Positions 46,761 through 60,211 of a stretch of DNA of 64,000 nt are shown one piece after another. The number at the start of each line of letters is the position of its first letter. The stretch's first letter is position 1. The stretch is from assembly GCF_009914755.1 (NCBI RefSeq), contig NC_060928.1; one strand, 5' to 3'. Origin of the DNA: the human T2T-CHM13v2.0 reference genome, Homo sapiens. The position numbers and the translations under genes were made by a program. The notes below the pieces were generated by a model. That model searched no databases, was not told the origin of the DNA, and saw only the letters and a list, made by a program, of their open reading frames with translations.

Positions 46761-47124
46761 TGTATTAGTCTGTTCTCACACTGCTGTAAAGAACTACCTG
46801 AGACTGGGTCATTTATGAAGAAGAGTTGTAATTGACTCACAGTTTCACAGACTGTACAGGAAGCGTGGCTGGGCGGCCTCAGGAAACTTAGAATCATGGT
46901 GGAAGGGGAAGCAAACACATGTTACCATGTTGGAGCAGGAGACAGAGCAAGGGGGAAGTGCTACACACTTTTAAACAACCAGATCTCATGAAAACTCACT
47001 ATCAGAACAGCAAGGAGGAAATCTTGCCCTTGATCCAATCCCCTCCCACCAGGCCCCTCCTCCAGAGTTGCAAATTACAATTCAATATGAGATTTGGGTG
47101 AAGACATAGAACCAAACCATGTCA
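46761..47124 (-). mobile_element. MSTA/THE1D-type MaLR solo LTR
   Basis: tgtattagtctgttctcacactgct...accaaaccatgtca; flanks ccagg/ctggg are consistent with a CpG-decayed CCGGG TSD. Confidence 0.9.
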
Positions 47125-47934
47125 CTGGGCATTTTGCAAAATGTGGTTCTGAACAAGTCACAGCAAAAAATAAATGTGTTCTCAACGTGCACCTCCTCAG
47201 AACAAGGCTGCTGTCTGTTCCTCAGCTGGGAGGTAAGATGAAGCCCAGCCTGTAAGCAACCTCGGGCAGGGGCTGCCGACACAAAGCTCCAGCAGTGAAC
47301 ACGGATGCCTCAAAATAACCTGGGGAACCTGATCAAAAGATCCAAGTTCTGTGTGTGATAACGAATACAGATATCGAAGCGGGTTCTGCTGTGCAGCTGC
47401 CGAGGCTGGCCCAGCCCTGCCCAGGCTCTCCTATATTAGCCTCCTGGCAAACCCTGGTGTTCTTCATCCAGGGAGACCTTTTCTCATCAGTGGCTCAATG
47501 TCAAGGGAGCTCTTTGTGTGAACAAGGTGAGTGCCGAAGATGCCATGTGGGTATTTTAAGCCTTGGTGTGAAAGTATTTTTCTAACACAGCTGGGCAGAG
47601 TCCACATATCAATAGTCTGTCTCCAGGTTGTTCTAATTTCTCACCATGCATCTATAGATCTAGGACCATAGACCTTTAGAATATCATCATAATCACATCT
47701 CATGTCTACCCTAATTTATGATTCATATTGAATGCCTGGAAACAGTCCCTGTATTTAACAATAATACCTAGACCTAAAATAATCCACTGTTAACAACTTA
47801 TATGGTTACAAAACATTAATGATTTTCTGTAGACCAAGCAAGTATCTTTAACTATACTTGGCAAATGACATGACGTTATTAATGACTGCTAATCATATGC
47901 AAGAAGGGCAAAGAACAGAGGAGTCAAGGATTAC

Positions 47935-48355
47935 TTCCAAGTTTCCGTCTTGAGACAATGGGGAGATGTCTAGCTATTAACCTAAATTAGAGACAGTCAA
48001 TAGTGAAACATATTGAAGGGGATTTTGAATTCAAGTTATCCAATGGGATAGGTCCAATGGGTGTTATGAATTTCTTTCCAAGTTTCTGTCTTGAGACAAT
48101 GGGGAGACGTATAGCTATTAACCTAAATTAGAGATGCTCAATAGAGAAACATATTGAAGGGGATTTTGAATTTAAGTTATCCAATGGGATACGTCCAATG
48201 GGTAGTTATGAATTTCTTTCCAAGTTTCTGTCTTGAGACAATGGGGAGACGTATAGCTATTAACCTAAATTAGAGATGCTCAATAGAGAAACATATTGAA
48301 GGGGATTTTGAATTCAAGTTACCTGATGGGATAGGTCCAATGGGTAGTTATAAAT
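47935..48355. repeat. ~142-bp tandem triplication within L2-like sequence
   Basis: ttccaagtttcYgtcttgagacaatggggaga.. starts at 47935, 48076, 48218. Confidence 0.92.
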
Positions 48356-48359
48356 GCAT

Positions 48360-49340
48360 ACAGGGTGCTCCACAGAACTATCAAGAGTAATGGTCTTCAT
48401 TTAGAGATTAGCCTGTGTAAACTGAGATCATGGGATTAGCTCAGATTACCCAGATAACTTAGGAAAAAGTGACGAGAAACCTGATGATGAAATCGCAGAA
48501 TTACCAACACAATTCCAACAGTTGAAGAGCAATGGGCAGAAAAATCATGACTAAAGGGAAAAAGGAGGAAATAAAGGGAGTGAGTAACCAGGAAGAAGAG
48601 CAGGAAAAACAGTGGCCTGGGTTTCCAGAAGGAGAAATAGACACTCACACTTTCAAATGCTGCAGAGTACAGAGAGATGACAAAAGCAATGTATCCACTG
48701 GGGACTTCGATGACCCCTTTTATATACGAAGTTATCTGTTGAATTTTCACAGAAGTGAGAGAAAGGGGGAAGCCACAGGGATGTGGAGAGAATTGATAAT
48801 AAATTCCAATCAACCTTTCACTCGTTTTTTCGACTTTTTTTTTTTTTTTTTCTGAGTGCTGCTATGAGCCAAATGCTGTGCTGGGCATGGTCCTATAGCA
48901 GTGAACTAATCAAACAAATTCGCTGGCCCAATAGAGCCCAGCCTCTGATGCGGAAAGAGAGAAAACATAAACATATTTATGTATGGGAGAACAGAGAAGG
49001 CTTTACCGTGGAGCTTTTGAGGAGGGCCCTGAATTCAGTGAGGGAGAAAGCACTGTGGGCAGATGAAGCGGGGCAGGCTGTCAGCTGGGCCCATGTGGAG
49101 TGGGACTGGGGAACAACAAAGGGCCCAGCGTGGCCGAAGGGGAATGAGTAAAGGGGAGCGAGCGGGAAGATGAGGTATGAGGGGCAGAAAACAGTGGGAG
49201 CATGTAGGGCTGTGAACGGCATCGGGTAGGGAACTCTGAACACATTCTCAGTATGTTGGAGAGACTTTGGAGGGTTTTGAACACTGGCGTGCACTGATCT
49301 GAGTTATCTTTTATGAGAATGACTCTTTGAAGAACATATG
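48360..49340. mobile_element. L2 fragments
   Basis: agtaaccaggaag...gtttccagaagg; ctgagtgctgctatgagccaaatgctgtgctgggc...tttggagggttttgaac. Confidence 0.55.
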
Positions 49341-50942
49341 GTAAAGTGATGGAATAGAGCAAATGTGAAATTTTTATTCAAACAGCTTGGTAGAAGGAAA
49401 TAGATGAACATAATCACCAGATTGCAATGAAGGGAATGGGAGAATTTTCAATAGGAGAGAGGAGTATGTTCTATGTTGTAGAGAAAGAGGTACCCACGGT
49501 GACAGGGGAAGGTACAGCCGAGAGAGTGGGATTGAGGCATAAAGGTTTAAGGTAAAGAAGGATCAGATTTCGGCGAGAAAAAGATAGCTCTTCCACTGAA
49601 TTGCAGAAAAAGGAAAAGGAGGAAGCCAACCGAGAGAATTTTATAGTGAACTCGAGAAGTCGAAAAAGTCTTCATGAATGTCCTCTATTATTTCCATAAC
49701 ATAGACACCAAGGTCCAGGAAGAACAAGAAAAAAGGCAGGAATCATTTGTGGAAAATGGAAAAGTCAAGAAGATTAGAGACACATGGAGTGGTTGCCCTT
49801 GATTATTCAGGCCTGGCTCAGAAGAGAGGCAATGAATTTGTAATGGCAGAAGGAAAACCTTCCCACTTTGTATAACTATTTATTCCAAGTGTGTCTGTTC
49901 TTATACTGGTCTTTATAATATTTTCCTAGTAAATATGTTTGGCAGTCATGCCCACAAAACACTGTATATAGGTCATGCTACCATTTTCAGTCAATTTACT
50001 TCCTTAAAACTGATTTGTTTAAAAGATTATTTTAATGAGACAATGCTAAAAGTTATTATTAGAACAGTGTTTCACTTCTGCCACAGGAAAAATATTATTT
50101 ATAGAGAAAGATAAATGTCCTATCTTTAGATTGCATGTTGAATCTCTTGCTAGAAAATATGTTTATAAATAGTCTCATGATATATAACCTATAGCTAATA
50201 AATTGCTATGGATGACTGAACTATACAGTACAAAAGACATTTAAGGACTAATACAAATGTTTTATTGCAAGTGAATTAAAGTTACACACTGAATGAGTGA
50301 CTAATATAGCCAGAAATTATCCCAAGACAGCTATAGTTCAAGAGGCCAACAATAAACATATTGGGTACTGTTTTCATTAAAAAAAATTTATTCTATTACA
50401 TTAGGTTTTGCTCAGAAAAAAAGGTATTGCATTGTAACATTTAATGAAATAATGGCCTTTCATTGAAATACATTTTATTGTGGTAGTATTTAGACTTGTG
50501 ATGTATTTTTATTTCTAACAGCTTAGAAGGCAAATGTATATGAAAAGCTCTAGCCTAATGATTTTTACATGTATAATTCCTTTTGCAATATCATCTGAAT
50601 TAGCTTAGTGTGGACATTATTTCTGACTGGATACATGGCTCGCATCACCCAAACTTAGGGATGTTTTTTTCCGAGATACTCATCCACCAAACAACTGCCA
50701 TTGGCATGAAGATTTCAAGAGCTTTCTCATTCCCAGGTTGTCTGAAATGTTTCACCGACATGCACTTGAGCTTATGTGTAAAGCAAGGGTAGGGGGCTCA
50801 TCCTTGGAGGAATATAATGAACCATGATAAGGAGATAGTGTTTCCTTTCATACAAATACCAATGCAGACAGGTCCCTAGGCTTATAGATATGCTTCAGAA
50901 TACACTGTGTAAACTAAGGTCTGGACTATGCAGTTTGCTGTA

Positions 50943-50997
50943 CCTGTCACCCCACTGTCCTCAGCCACCCTGTCACCCCACTGTCCTCAGCCACCCT
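50943..50997. repeat. Perfect 26-bp tandem duplication
   Basis: cctgtcaccccactgtcctcagccac x2. Confidence 0.92.
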
Positions 50998-52020
50998 TCC
51001 TGCTGCTGCTTTGGCTGCATGTGAAAAAGTGCGGCCACCAAAATGCTAGTTAGGACCTCCCAGACGGCCAGGCTGAACACGCACCTTCCATAGGCTCAAG
51101 ACTAGAATGAATTGTGAATGTAATGAGTAGGAAGAGATGCCTCAAGCAACCTCGAGAAGACAGATTTACTCTCTCAGAATCCAGGGAATAACAGATGAAA
51201 GGAAGAACCAGCTCTGGGTAGCAGGTGGAGGAGGTCTCACAAAATATTACTTCACACTGATTAGCTTCAGTGGTTTGCCCGTGACAGTGTGAGTAAGCGT
51301 ACTCCACCTGAGGACCTTCTGCAAATGCTGTTATCTTCCCCAAACACCTAACCCACCAACGTGTGTACGCAAGTAAAGGCTGCAGACTGGTTTCTGCACA
51401 CGCGCTGATCTGCAGGGAGCTGGGGGCTGTAAGCCTGCCTGCATTCTTCAGCTGATTCCTGCAACACCCTCCATGCTCTAATTCCACCCAGGTTTTGGCA
51501 TATCAATCTTTGAACCTAAATTATCCCCTCTTCCCACAAATTGAACGTTTGCAGCTACCTGCTAGCATTCTGATTAAGAAGAGTATAAATAGGTTTCACA
51601 ATTTTCAGAAATTCTTCTATTGAACGTGATGGGAATTGAAAGAATATTTGCAGCTCTATTTTACTTACCATTGCCTACTCTGCCCAGAGGAAAGAGGGGA
51701 CTGCACAGTGCCGGCTCTCATTTCCCTGTACTTGCCCCCAAATCCGGCAAGCACAGCAATTAGAAAACCTCAGTGCCGCATCTATCTCTGTTACTTGGAG
51801 ATGTCTTAACATGTTCATTCAAACTTTACCACTTAACTATAGCAATTCAAAGGGTACAAAGGAATAGAAGAGTAACACTTGTTTTTATCACTTCCATTTC
51901 CAAGTGAAGATGTTTCCTTAACATGTAGTTCCTAAATTTCTGCAAACGGAGCAATAAATCTGAAATATTTGTTTTAAAATAATCACCTTATCTCATATTG
52001 AAAGACATGTTTTAAAAGAT

Positions 52021-52180
52021 TACCTTCCTTTCTTCTTTCTTCTCTCTTCCTCCTTCCTTTTTTTTATTCCATCTTCCCTTTCTTTCCATCCTTCACTTCT
52101 TTCTCCTTTCCTCCCTTCTTTTCTTCCTGTCTTTCCTTTCTTCCTCCCTCTTATCCTTCCATTATTTATTCATCCTTTCT
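52021..52180. repeat. Polypyrimidine (CT-rich) low-complexity tract
   Basis: ~160 bp almost entirely C/T. Confidence 0.85.
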
Positions 52181-52525
52181 ACTGGAGTACATAGTTACTG
52201 AAAAGATGAAGTAACTTTTCAGACATAATATTTTCCACCAAACCCACATAATACTGAGAAACCCCAGTCAATAACCTGCTTCACAATGGACAGGATATCA
52301 TCATTCCCTGTACTTGGAAATGTTAAAAAGGAATGCATATACCAGCTGAATAAATACTCAAACCATTTAAAAACTGACACAGGAAATGGTCATAAAAGTC
52401 TACTTTCTCTTGTCAAATGCAGGATTGGGTTACACATTTTAGATGCTCACACTCCCGGCATCCACACCTCCCATTGTGATCCAATCTGAAAATAATGCTA
52501 AACTATAAAATAAGATGAGAAAAGC

Positions 52526-53674
52526 TGTGATATTGTGATTTCTAATAGGAAACATATGTTTTTATTGTCATCCTCAATTCCTGGCACAGAGCTCTGAAAA
52601 CCCCTGTTATTTCCTGAATGATAAGAGTGCTAGGTGCATCTTTGTTCTCGTATTTGGTCTTTGACCCTGGTTCAGGACACAGAGTTCCTAATCCCTTGGA
52701 ATTTCCTGGATGATAGAAGTGTCTTTTGTTCTAATGAGATGTCCCTTGGTGCTCCTGGATGGGGGCTGGTCACCAGAAAGCCACGATTAGAAAGATGGAA
52801 CTTTCAGTCTTATGCCCCCATCCTCCAGAAAGGGGAGAGGGACTGGAGTCTGAGCTGATAATCAATCACACCTACATGATAAAGTCTTCATTAACATCTC
52901 TTAACTGTGGGATTCAGAGAACTTCCAGGTGGGCAAACATATCCACAGGCCAAGAGGGTCGCACACCCCAATTCCACAGGGACAGAAGATCCTGTGTTTG
53001 AGGAACCTTCTAGAATTCATCCTATGTATCTCTTCATCTGGCCGTTCATATGTGTCCTTTGCAAATGAGCTAGTAAATGTAAGTAAATTATTTTCCTAAG
53101 TTCTGTGAGCTGCTCTAGCAAATTAATTGAACAGAGTAGCTAGATCGTTGGTCAGAAATTCTGGAGGTCCAGACTTGTGATTGGCAACTGAAGTCAGGGG
53201 CAGCCTTGTGAGACTGAGCCCTTAGCTCATGGGATTTGACTCTTACTCCAGTAGACAATGTCAGGCTTGCTCTGAATTATAGGACGCCTAATTGGTATCT
53301 GCTAGAGAAAAGTATCTGTGCTGTGTTGAGTGTAAGAGTAGGAAGGCTGGATGCGGTGGCTCATGCCTATAATCCCAGCACTTTGGGAGGCCGAGGCGGG
53401 CAGATCACGAGGTCAGGATATTGACACCATCCTGGCTAACATGGTGAAACCCCGTCTCTACTAAAAATACAAAAAATTAGCCTGCGTGGTGGCATATACT
53501 TGTAATACTAGCCACTTGGGAGGGTGAGACCAGAGAATTCCTTGAACCCAGAAGGCAGAGCTTGCAGTGAGCCGAGATCATGCCACTGCACTCCAACCTG
53601 GGCGACAGAGTGAGACTCCATCTCAAAAAAAAAAAAAAAAAAGTAGGAAAAACAATTAGATTTTTCCTATCTCA
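52526..53674 (+). mobile_element. MER21 (B/C-like) solo LTR interrupted by Alu
   Basis: tgtgatattgtgatt...ttcctggcacagagctc..aatcccttggaatttcctg...ctggtcaccagaaag...gagctgctctagcaaatta. Confidence 0.8.
53345..53642 (+). mobile_element. AluSc/Y-like
   Basis: gatcacgaggtcagg, accatcctggctaac; TSD aaRagtaggaa. Confidence 0.93.
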
Positions 53675-53890
53675 TGTGGTAGCCAACCAGGTTCAGATTT
53701 TTCTCATGATGACTATGTTGATGTTCTTTGTAGTTTAGATATAGAAGTTCCTTCAAAAAGATTCTGGTTTTTGTGATGGTTATTCTTGTACTGCTGGTGC
53801 TCAAAGTGTCTGTCTGGTCCATGTGTCTGGTCATGTAGCCCTGCTACCGTTCTTTTGACATTAGAGGTCACTGGAGGAGGAGTTGGTTTA

Positions 53891-54361
53891 TACATATGAT
53901 TCCAGCCTCTTTCCAGTTAAGCCCCTTCTTCGGTGCTCAGCATTATTTTGCGGGGGTCGATGGTATATATGATTCCAGCCTCTTTCCAGTTAAGCCCCTT
54001 CTTCGGTGCTCAGCATTATTTTGCGGGGGTCGATGGTATATATGATTCCAGCCTCTTTCCAGTTAAGCCCCTTCTTCGGTGCTCAGCATTATTTTGCGGG
54101 GGTCGATGGTATATATGATTCCAGCCTCTTTCCAGTTAAGCCCCTTCTTCGGTGCTCACCATTATTTTGCGGGGGTTGATGGTATATATGATTCCAGCCT
54201 CTTTCCAGTTAAGCCCCTTCTTCGGTGCTCAGCATTATTTTGCGGGGGTCGATGGTATATATGATTCCAGCCTCTTTCCAGTTAAGCCCCTTCTTCGGTG
54301 CTCTTTCCAGTTAAGCCCCTTCTTCGGTGCTCAGCATTATTTTGCAGGGGTTGATGGTATA
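53891..54361. repeat. 73-bp minisatellite (VNTR), ~6.4 copies
   Basis: Unit tatatatgattccagcctctttccagttaagccccttcttcggtgctcagcattattttgcgggggtcgatgg at 53891, 53964, 54037, 54110, 54183, 54256. Confidence 0.97.
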
Positions 54362-55582
54362 CCTGTAGGCTAGTCAGTGAACGTTTATTAAGCATTCCAT
54401 AAGGGAAACACATTGAGGGATAAAACAAGGCAAAATCAAACTTTTTCAGATGTTTTAAACATTTTGTTGCTGCAATGAAGGAGCACAAGGAAAATAAACA
54501 TATTGTTAACCGTTCAAGTGCTAATAAACTAGAAGAAAAATGGATGGTTTAGGTGATAACAGCTACAGGATATAAAAGGAGGCTAGAACTTATTCTGAAT
54601 AATGCTTGTTATAGAGAAATTTAGACTTGATTCATCTTGAAAGGAAATCAAGGTATTATCTAGGCAAGAAAAAGAGGTCAAATGTTCATGGTATGGGTGA
54701 AGAAAATATATAAACCATATTTGAGGGCTGGTGAGTCAGATTAGCTGAAGTGAATGTTTTTAATAGGTGGGTAGTGGAGGATACGTTTATTGGATAGGTT
54801 AGCTCACAATTGTAAAGGTCCTCAAACACACCACCAAGGAATCTGGAATAAATGAGGAATCCCCACAGTCTTGACCAAGAGCACGGCAGGATTGAAGGTG
54901 TGTTTCCAGATTGGCCTGGAAGCGATGTGCAGCGTGTATCGGAGTTGGGAAGCAGGATATTGTACCACCCTTATTATTTAGCATTCTCTACATTGTCAAG
55001 CTTTGGAGTAAGTTGAAAGTTCCCCTTAGATCCCACTTGGTAGACTGAGAGCTCCCTATCCCGTGTAGGAGGCACCGTACTGCTCAGCAGCAGGGATTCC
55101 TGACAGCGGTTGTCAGTCATGAAGCTTTCCTCAAAGCTCTTCCACATGTTACAACTCACCCATCTAGGGATGCACAGCCACACCCAGAAGACTAGACAAG
55201 CTGTCCAACAAAGAGTGGAGCTTGGCAATTCCAAGCTGCTGTCATTTTGAACTCTGGAGGTGTATGAAGATGTCCTTGATTTATATGAAGGTTTCTTACT
55301 GTGATCAGCTCCTATCTGAGGTCAGTAGAAGTCCCAATGTTTATTTTACCCAATGTCCTCAAAAGACATTGCTTTTCACTATGTGTTATGATAAAAGCCA
55401 GTCATTTTAAAAGTTTCTCAAATTGATACAACTTGGCTTGATAAATATCAACCAGTTATATGTATCTGTAATGGATAAAGAACAGTTAAAGCCATTATTC
55501 TCCTCCCAATCAGGTGGTCTGTAATTTTATGAAGATTCCTGCCTCCTAAGAGCTCATGGACTCAGTGAATTGTGCTACCTAT

Positions 55583-55995
55583 TGTGGGAGATGTTAACTC
55601 CTGTTTTTAGGGACACAGCTCCACTTATTTTCAAGTCTGCTTTGAAGATAGATGTGGTCATGTAACCAAGTTCAAACCAAAAGAATGTGATCAGAAGTAA
55701 GAAGTGCCATCTGGGTCTAGTCCTTAAACTGCATGATGTGCCTTCATGTCCTTCACCCTTTATGGCCAGCTGCAATGCAGATAATCCCTAGGTTGACTTT
55801 AGAAGCCACACATAGTAGATGACAAATATTTATTAACACAAATCCTTAAATGACTGTGAGGAGATGGATCACCCACTGACGTATCCAACTACTAACTAAT
55901 GTTACCTGAGTAAGACGTCAACTTTTATTGTGTTTGAACCATTATACATTCTGGAAACAATCTGTTATATAGCAGTTAGTTTACCATAGGTCATA
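55583..55995 (+). mobile_element. MLT1J/K-like solo LTR
   Basis: gatgtggtcatgtaaccaagttc..ccaaaagaatgtga..agaagt...aatgactgtgagg...aacttttattgtgtttgaacca...gttatatagcagttag. Confidence 0.7.
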
Positions 55996-56630
55996 TAGAC
56001 AGTCAACATTTGGTTTATTCTACCAAGATTAAACAATAAAAAAGGTTTTAAAAGGAAGTAAAGTCACGGAAAGGTAATTTTGAATAATAAATTTTGGGGT
56101 CAACAAAGCTTTAAAAATATAGAAATTGAAGAAAATTGTGGTCATGCCATGCTTTTAAATATTTGGTGTATATACAAAATAATTAGGCATATTTAGATGA
56201 TTAATCACTATCAAGGATTCTTAGTTCTGTGTGTTGTTGAAAAATAATATCTAAAATATTTATGAGTGTTACTACAAAGTTCAATTTTTAGATTTCTTAT
56301 CTTTGTACTTTTTGAAACCTATAGAAATTCTGTGTGTAAAGAAATTCTTACCATGGCTAAGGCAAAAAATATTTTGAAGAAACGTTCTAAATTATGCCTT
56401 CCAAATATATTTTCATGATATGAACTGTAGTTCTCACCTTCTTAGGAGGTTAGCTATTTTGTTTAGTTGACCAGGATTGCTTCAAACATATTTAAGAAAT
56501 ATACTGTGTGAATCACATCGTTTATTAATTAGTCAAAGCTTTTCCAAATTTGTTTAAAAGAAAAAAATTGTCCAGCATGTTGTAGGAATAGTTAGAACTA
56601 GAGCAGATCTCAAAACTACCTCTCCCTCTT

Positions 56631-57299
<669 letters not shown>

Positions 57300-58759
57300 C
57301 TCTTTAAATATTAAGCTAAATGATTAAATAGCATTACACCATAATGTTAAGTTCTCACTTACAATTTCAGCCAATAAAATTTCATTGAGCATCTAATTTT
57401 TAACTACCATATGGCTCCCTATTTTCATTTCACAGTGTTTTAGTGGCTTGGAAAATGTATACACAAGTGTGTACATATTCTTCTTATCCTTGTCTTTTTC
57501 TGTGTGCAGATGATGAACTTGGGGTAGAATGGATCTTTTGTTCAGAGAGACATTTGGTTTTCATAGCCTCTTTGACATTGGAGTCTAATAATATCTTTCC
57601 CAAGGCATTTTGTTATCCTAAAGGGAGTTTTAGTGACAAATCACTTAAAGTAGCTTTTTGATGTTGCAAGTGTTTTTATTTTTGTTGTTGTTGTTTGGTT
57701 GGTTGGTTTGGTTCATAAGTAGAGATCACAGATGATGAATGCAAAGATCTGCAATATTTTAAGGTCCTTACTTTGCAAACTAGGTCAGATATATAAAATT
57801 TCATGTTGGAATAGTAGCCAATAAAATTTTTGACATTAATTAGGAATGCAATAATAGTCTCAGCATGTGCTTCATTCTAAGATCTTAATGATAAACTCTC
57901 CTGGAAGTTTGATTGATTGTTTGTCTGGTTGTTTTGCCTTTACCTCAACAATTTTACCATGGCTTCCTTAACATTTATTTCATCTTGTGTGAAGAATATT
58001 TCACATAATTTCCTGGGAATTTTTTCCTTTTCTTGTTATTATATCTTCTTTGTACTAACATTGATTATACCAATGATTGAGTTAAATTTAATGAATAATT
58101 CTTCCCTAGTTTCTTACGTATTGATGAAGACACATCTGTAATGCATTGTTCCAAATACATTGCAGACTCTAACGGTGAAGGCATCTTACATGTATCATAT
58201 GATGTTCTTATATATGCCACTTGCTATTCATCCTGATGGACTCTTTTATGCAGCATCATCAGTATCAAATCTAAACCACTAGTTGATGGCAGATTCTAAA
58301 GCAGAAAAAAAATATGTGAACCCAGCTAAGCAATGAATCATTCAATCATCGCTGATTTCAGCATTCAGTACCTAACAACAGAAACGTAATTGTTCTTCCT
58401 CAGCCAGTGTTCCTGATAAAAAAATGAATTCCATATTTCTTTCCTTCTTTTTCTTTCAATGTGAAACATTGTTCAGTATTGTCATTAAAAAAAGAAATGC
58501 AAGAACTTTGGAATTCTCTCTTGAAGTTTTATATTTAGAGAGATTGTAAATGACAGGTTGTAATAAAATCATCTTGGAAGAATGTAAAATATTTCTGCAA
58601 CCAAATAAAAGCATTATTTTGATCATTATAATTTTTACTAATAGTATACAATGTAGACTATGTACTATAAAGAAATTAACCAGTGATATTTTTTCATTTT
58701 TATTTTGGATTTCTAAATGTAACATTACTATATGGAGTTTATTAGATGTCAGATTTTAA

Positions 58760-58970
58760 GTTCTTCTGTGTGCATTAGATATCTTAATTTTTTTGCATCC
58801 TTACAACAACCTTCTTGGATAAATGGTACTATTATCTCCATGTGAACGTGAGGAACCTGAAGCGCTTTGTAGATAGCGTGTTTGAGGTCACACAGCCGTT
58901 AGATAGCTGAGCTGGGATTGAAACACAGTTTGAGCAAACTTTCAGGTTTTACCCTGTGTGCTGTGCTGAC
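58760..58970 (-). mobile_element. MIR
   Basis: catccttacaacaacc...tactattatctccat...gaggaacctgaagc...aggtcacacagc...gagctgggattgaaac. Confidence 0.75.
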
Positions 58971-59451
58971 TCTTCACACATTAAAATTGTAATTCCGCCT
59001 TAATCATAAATAAATAATCACTATCATCAGCTTTGGTTTCCTTTTTTTCCAAACTGACAGCTTTGTTCCTACTGCTTCTTTAAAAACCAAAGCAAGAAAA
59101 ATCAAAGAAACTTGTCCTTTCACTTCTCACAATCAGACCTGAATTTTCCCTTGGAGGTATTTTGTTTACTTGTGGTTGTTGTTGTTGCTGTTGTTGTTTG
59201 TTTTCACGCTTGCTTCTTGTTTTCTTTTTTACTTGTGATAAAGCTCCCAGAACCTAAAGTTTACTGTCTTAACCATCTTTATGTGCACATGTCAGTAGTG
59301 TTAAGTACCTTCTCGTTGGGCAACTAAACTCCAGAACTCTTTTCTTTTTGCAAATCTAAAAGTCTGTATGCATTAAATTCTATATGCATTAAGCAACTGC
59401 CCAGTGTCCCCTCCCCACAGCCCCTGACAACCACCATTCTAGTTTCTGTAG

Positions 59452-59810
<359 letters not shown>

Positions 59811-59907
59811 AAAGTGGAAACAGTGTTTGCCTTTTTATTACTGGCTTATTTCACTTAGCACAACGTCTTTAAGGCTCATCCATGTTGTAGTGGGTCAGAA
59901 TTTCCTC

Positions 59908-60211
<304 letters not shown>

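Noticed and set aside
51050-51487. 145-aa minus-strand ORF in unique DNA
   Set aside because: Non-ATG start, no recognisable domain or exon context; length compatible with chance.
52021-52180. H-DNA-forming element
   Set aside because: Pyrimidine-rich but irregular; no long perfect mirror repeat visible.
53891-54361. 73-bp repeat array as a CRISPR-like locus or repeat-encoded protein
   Set aside because: Units are contiguous with no unique spacers, there are no cas genes, the DNA is primate, and 73 is not a multiple of 3, so the ORFs simply cycle frames.
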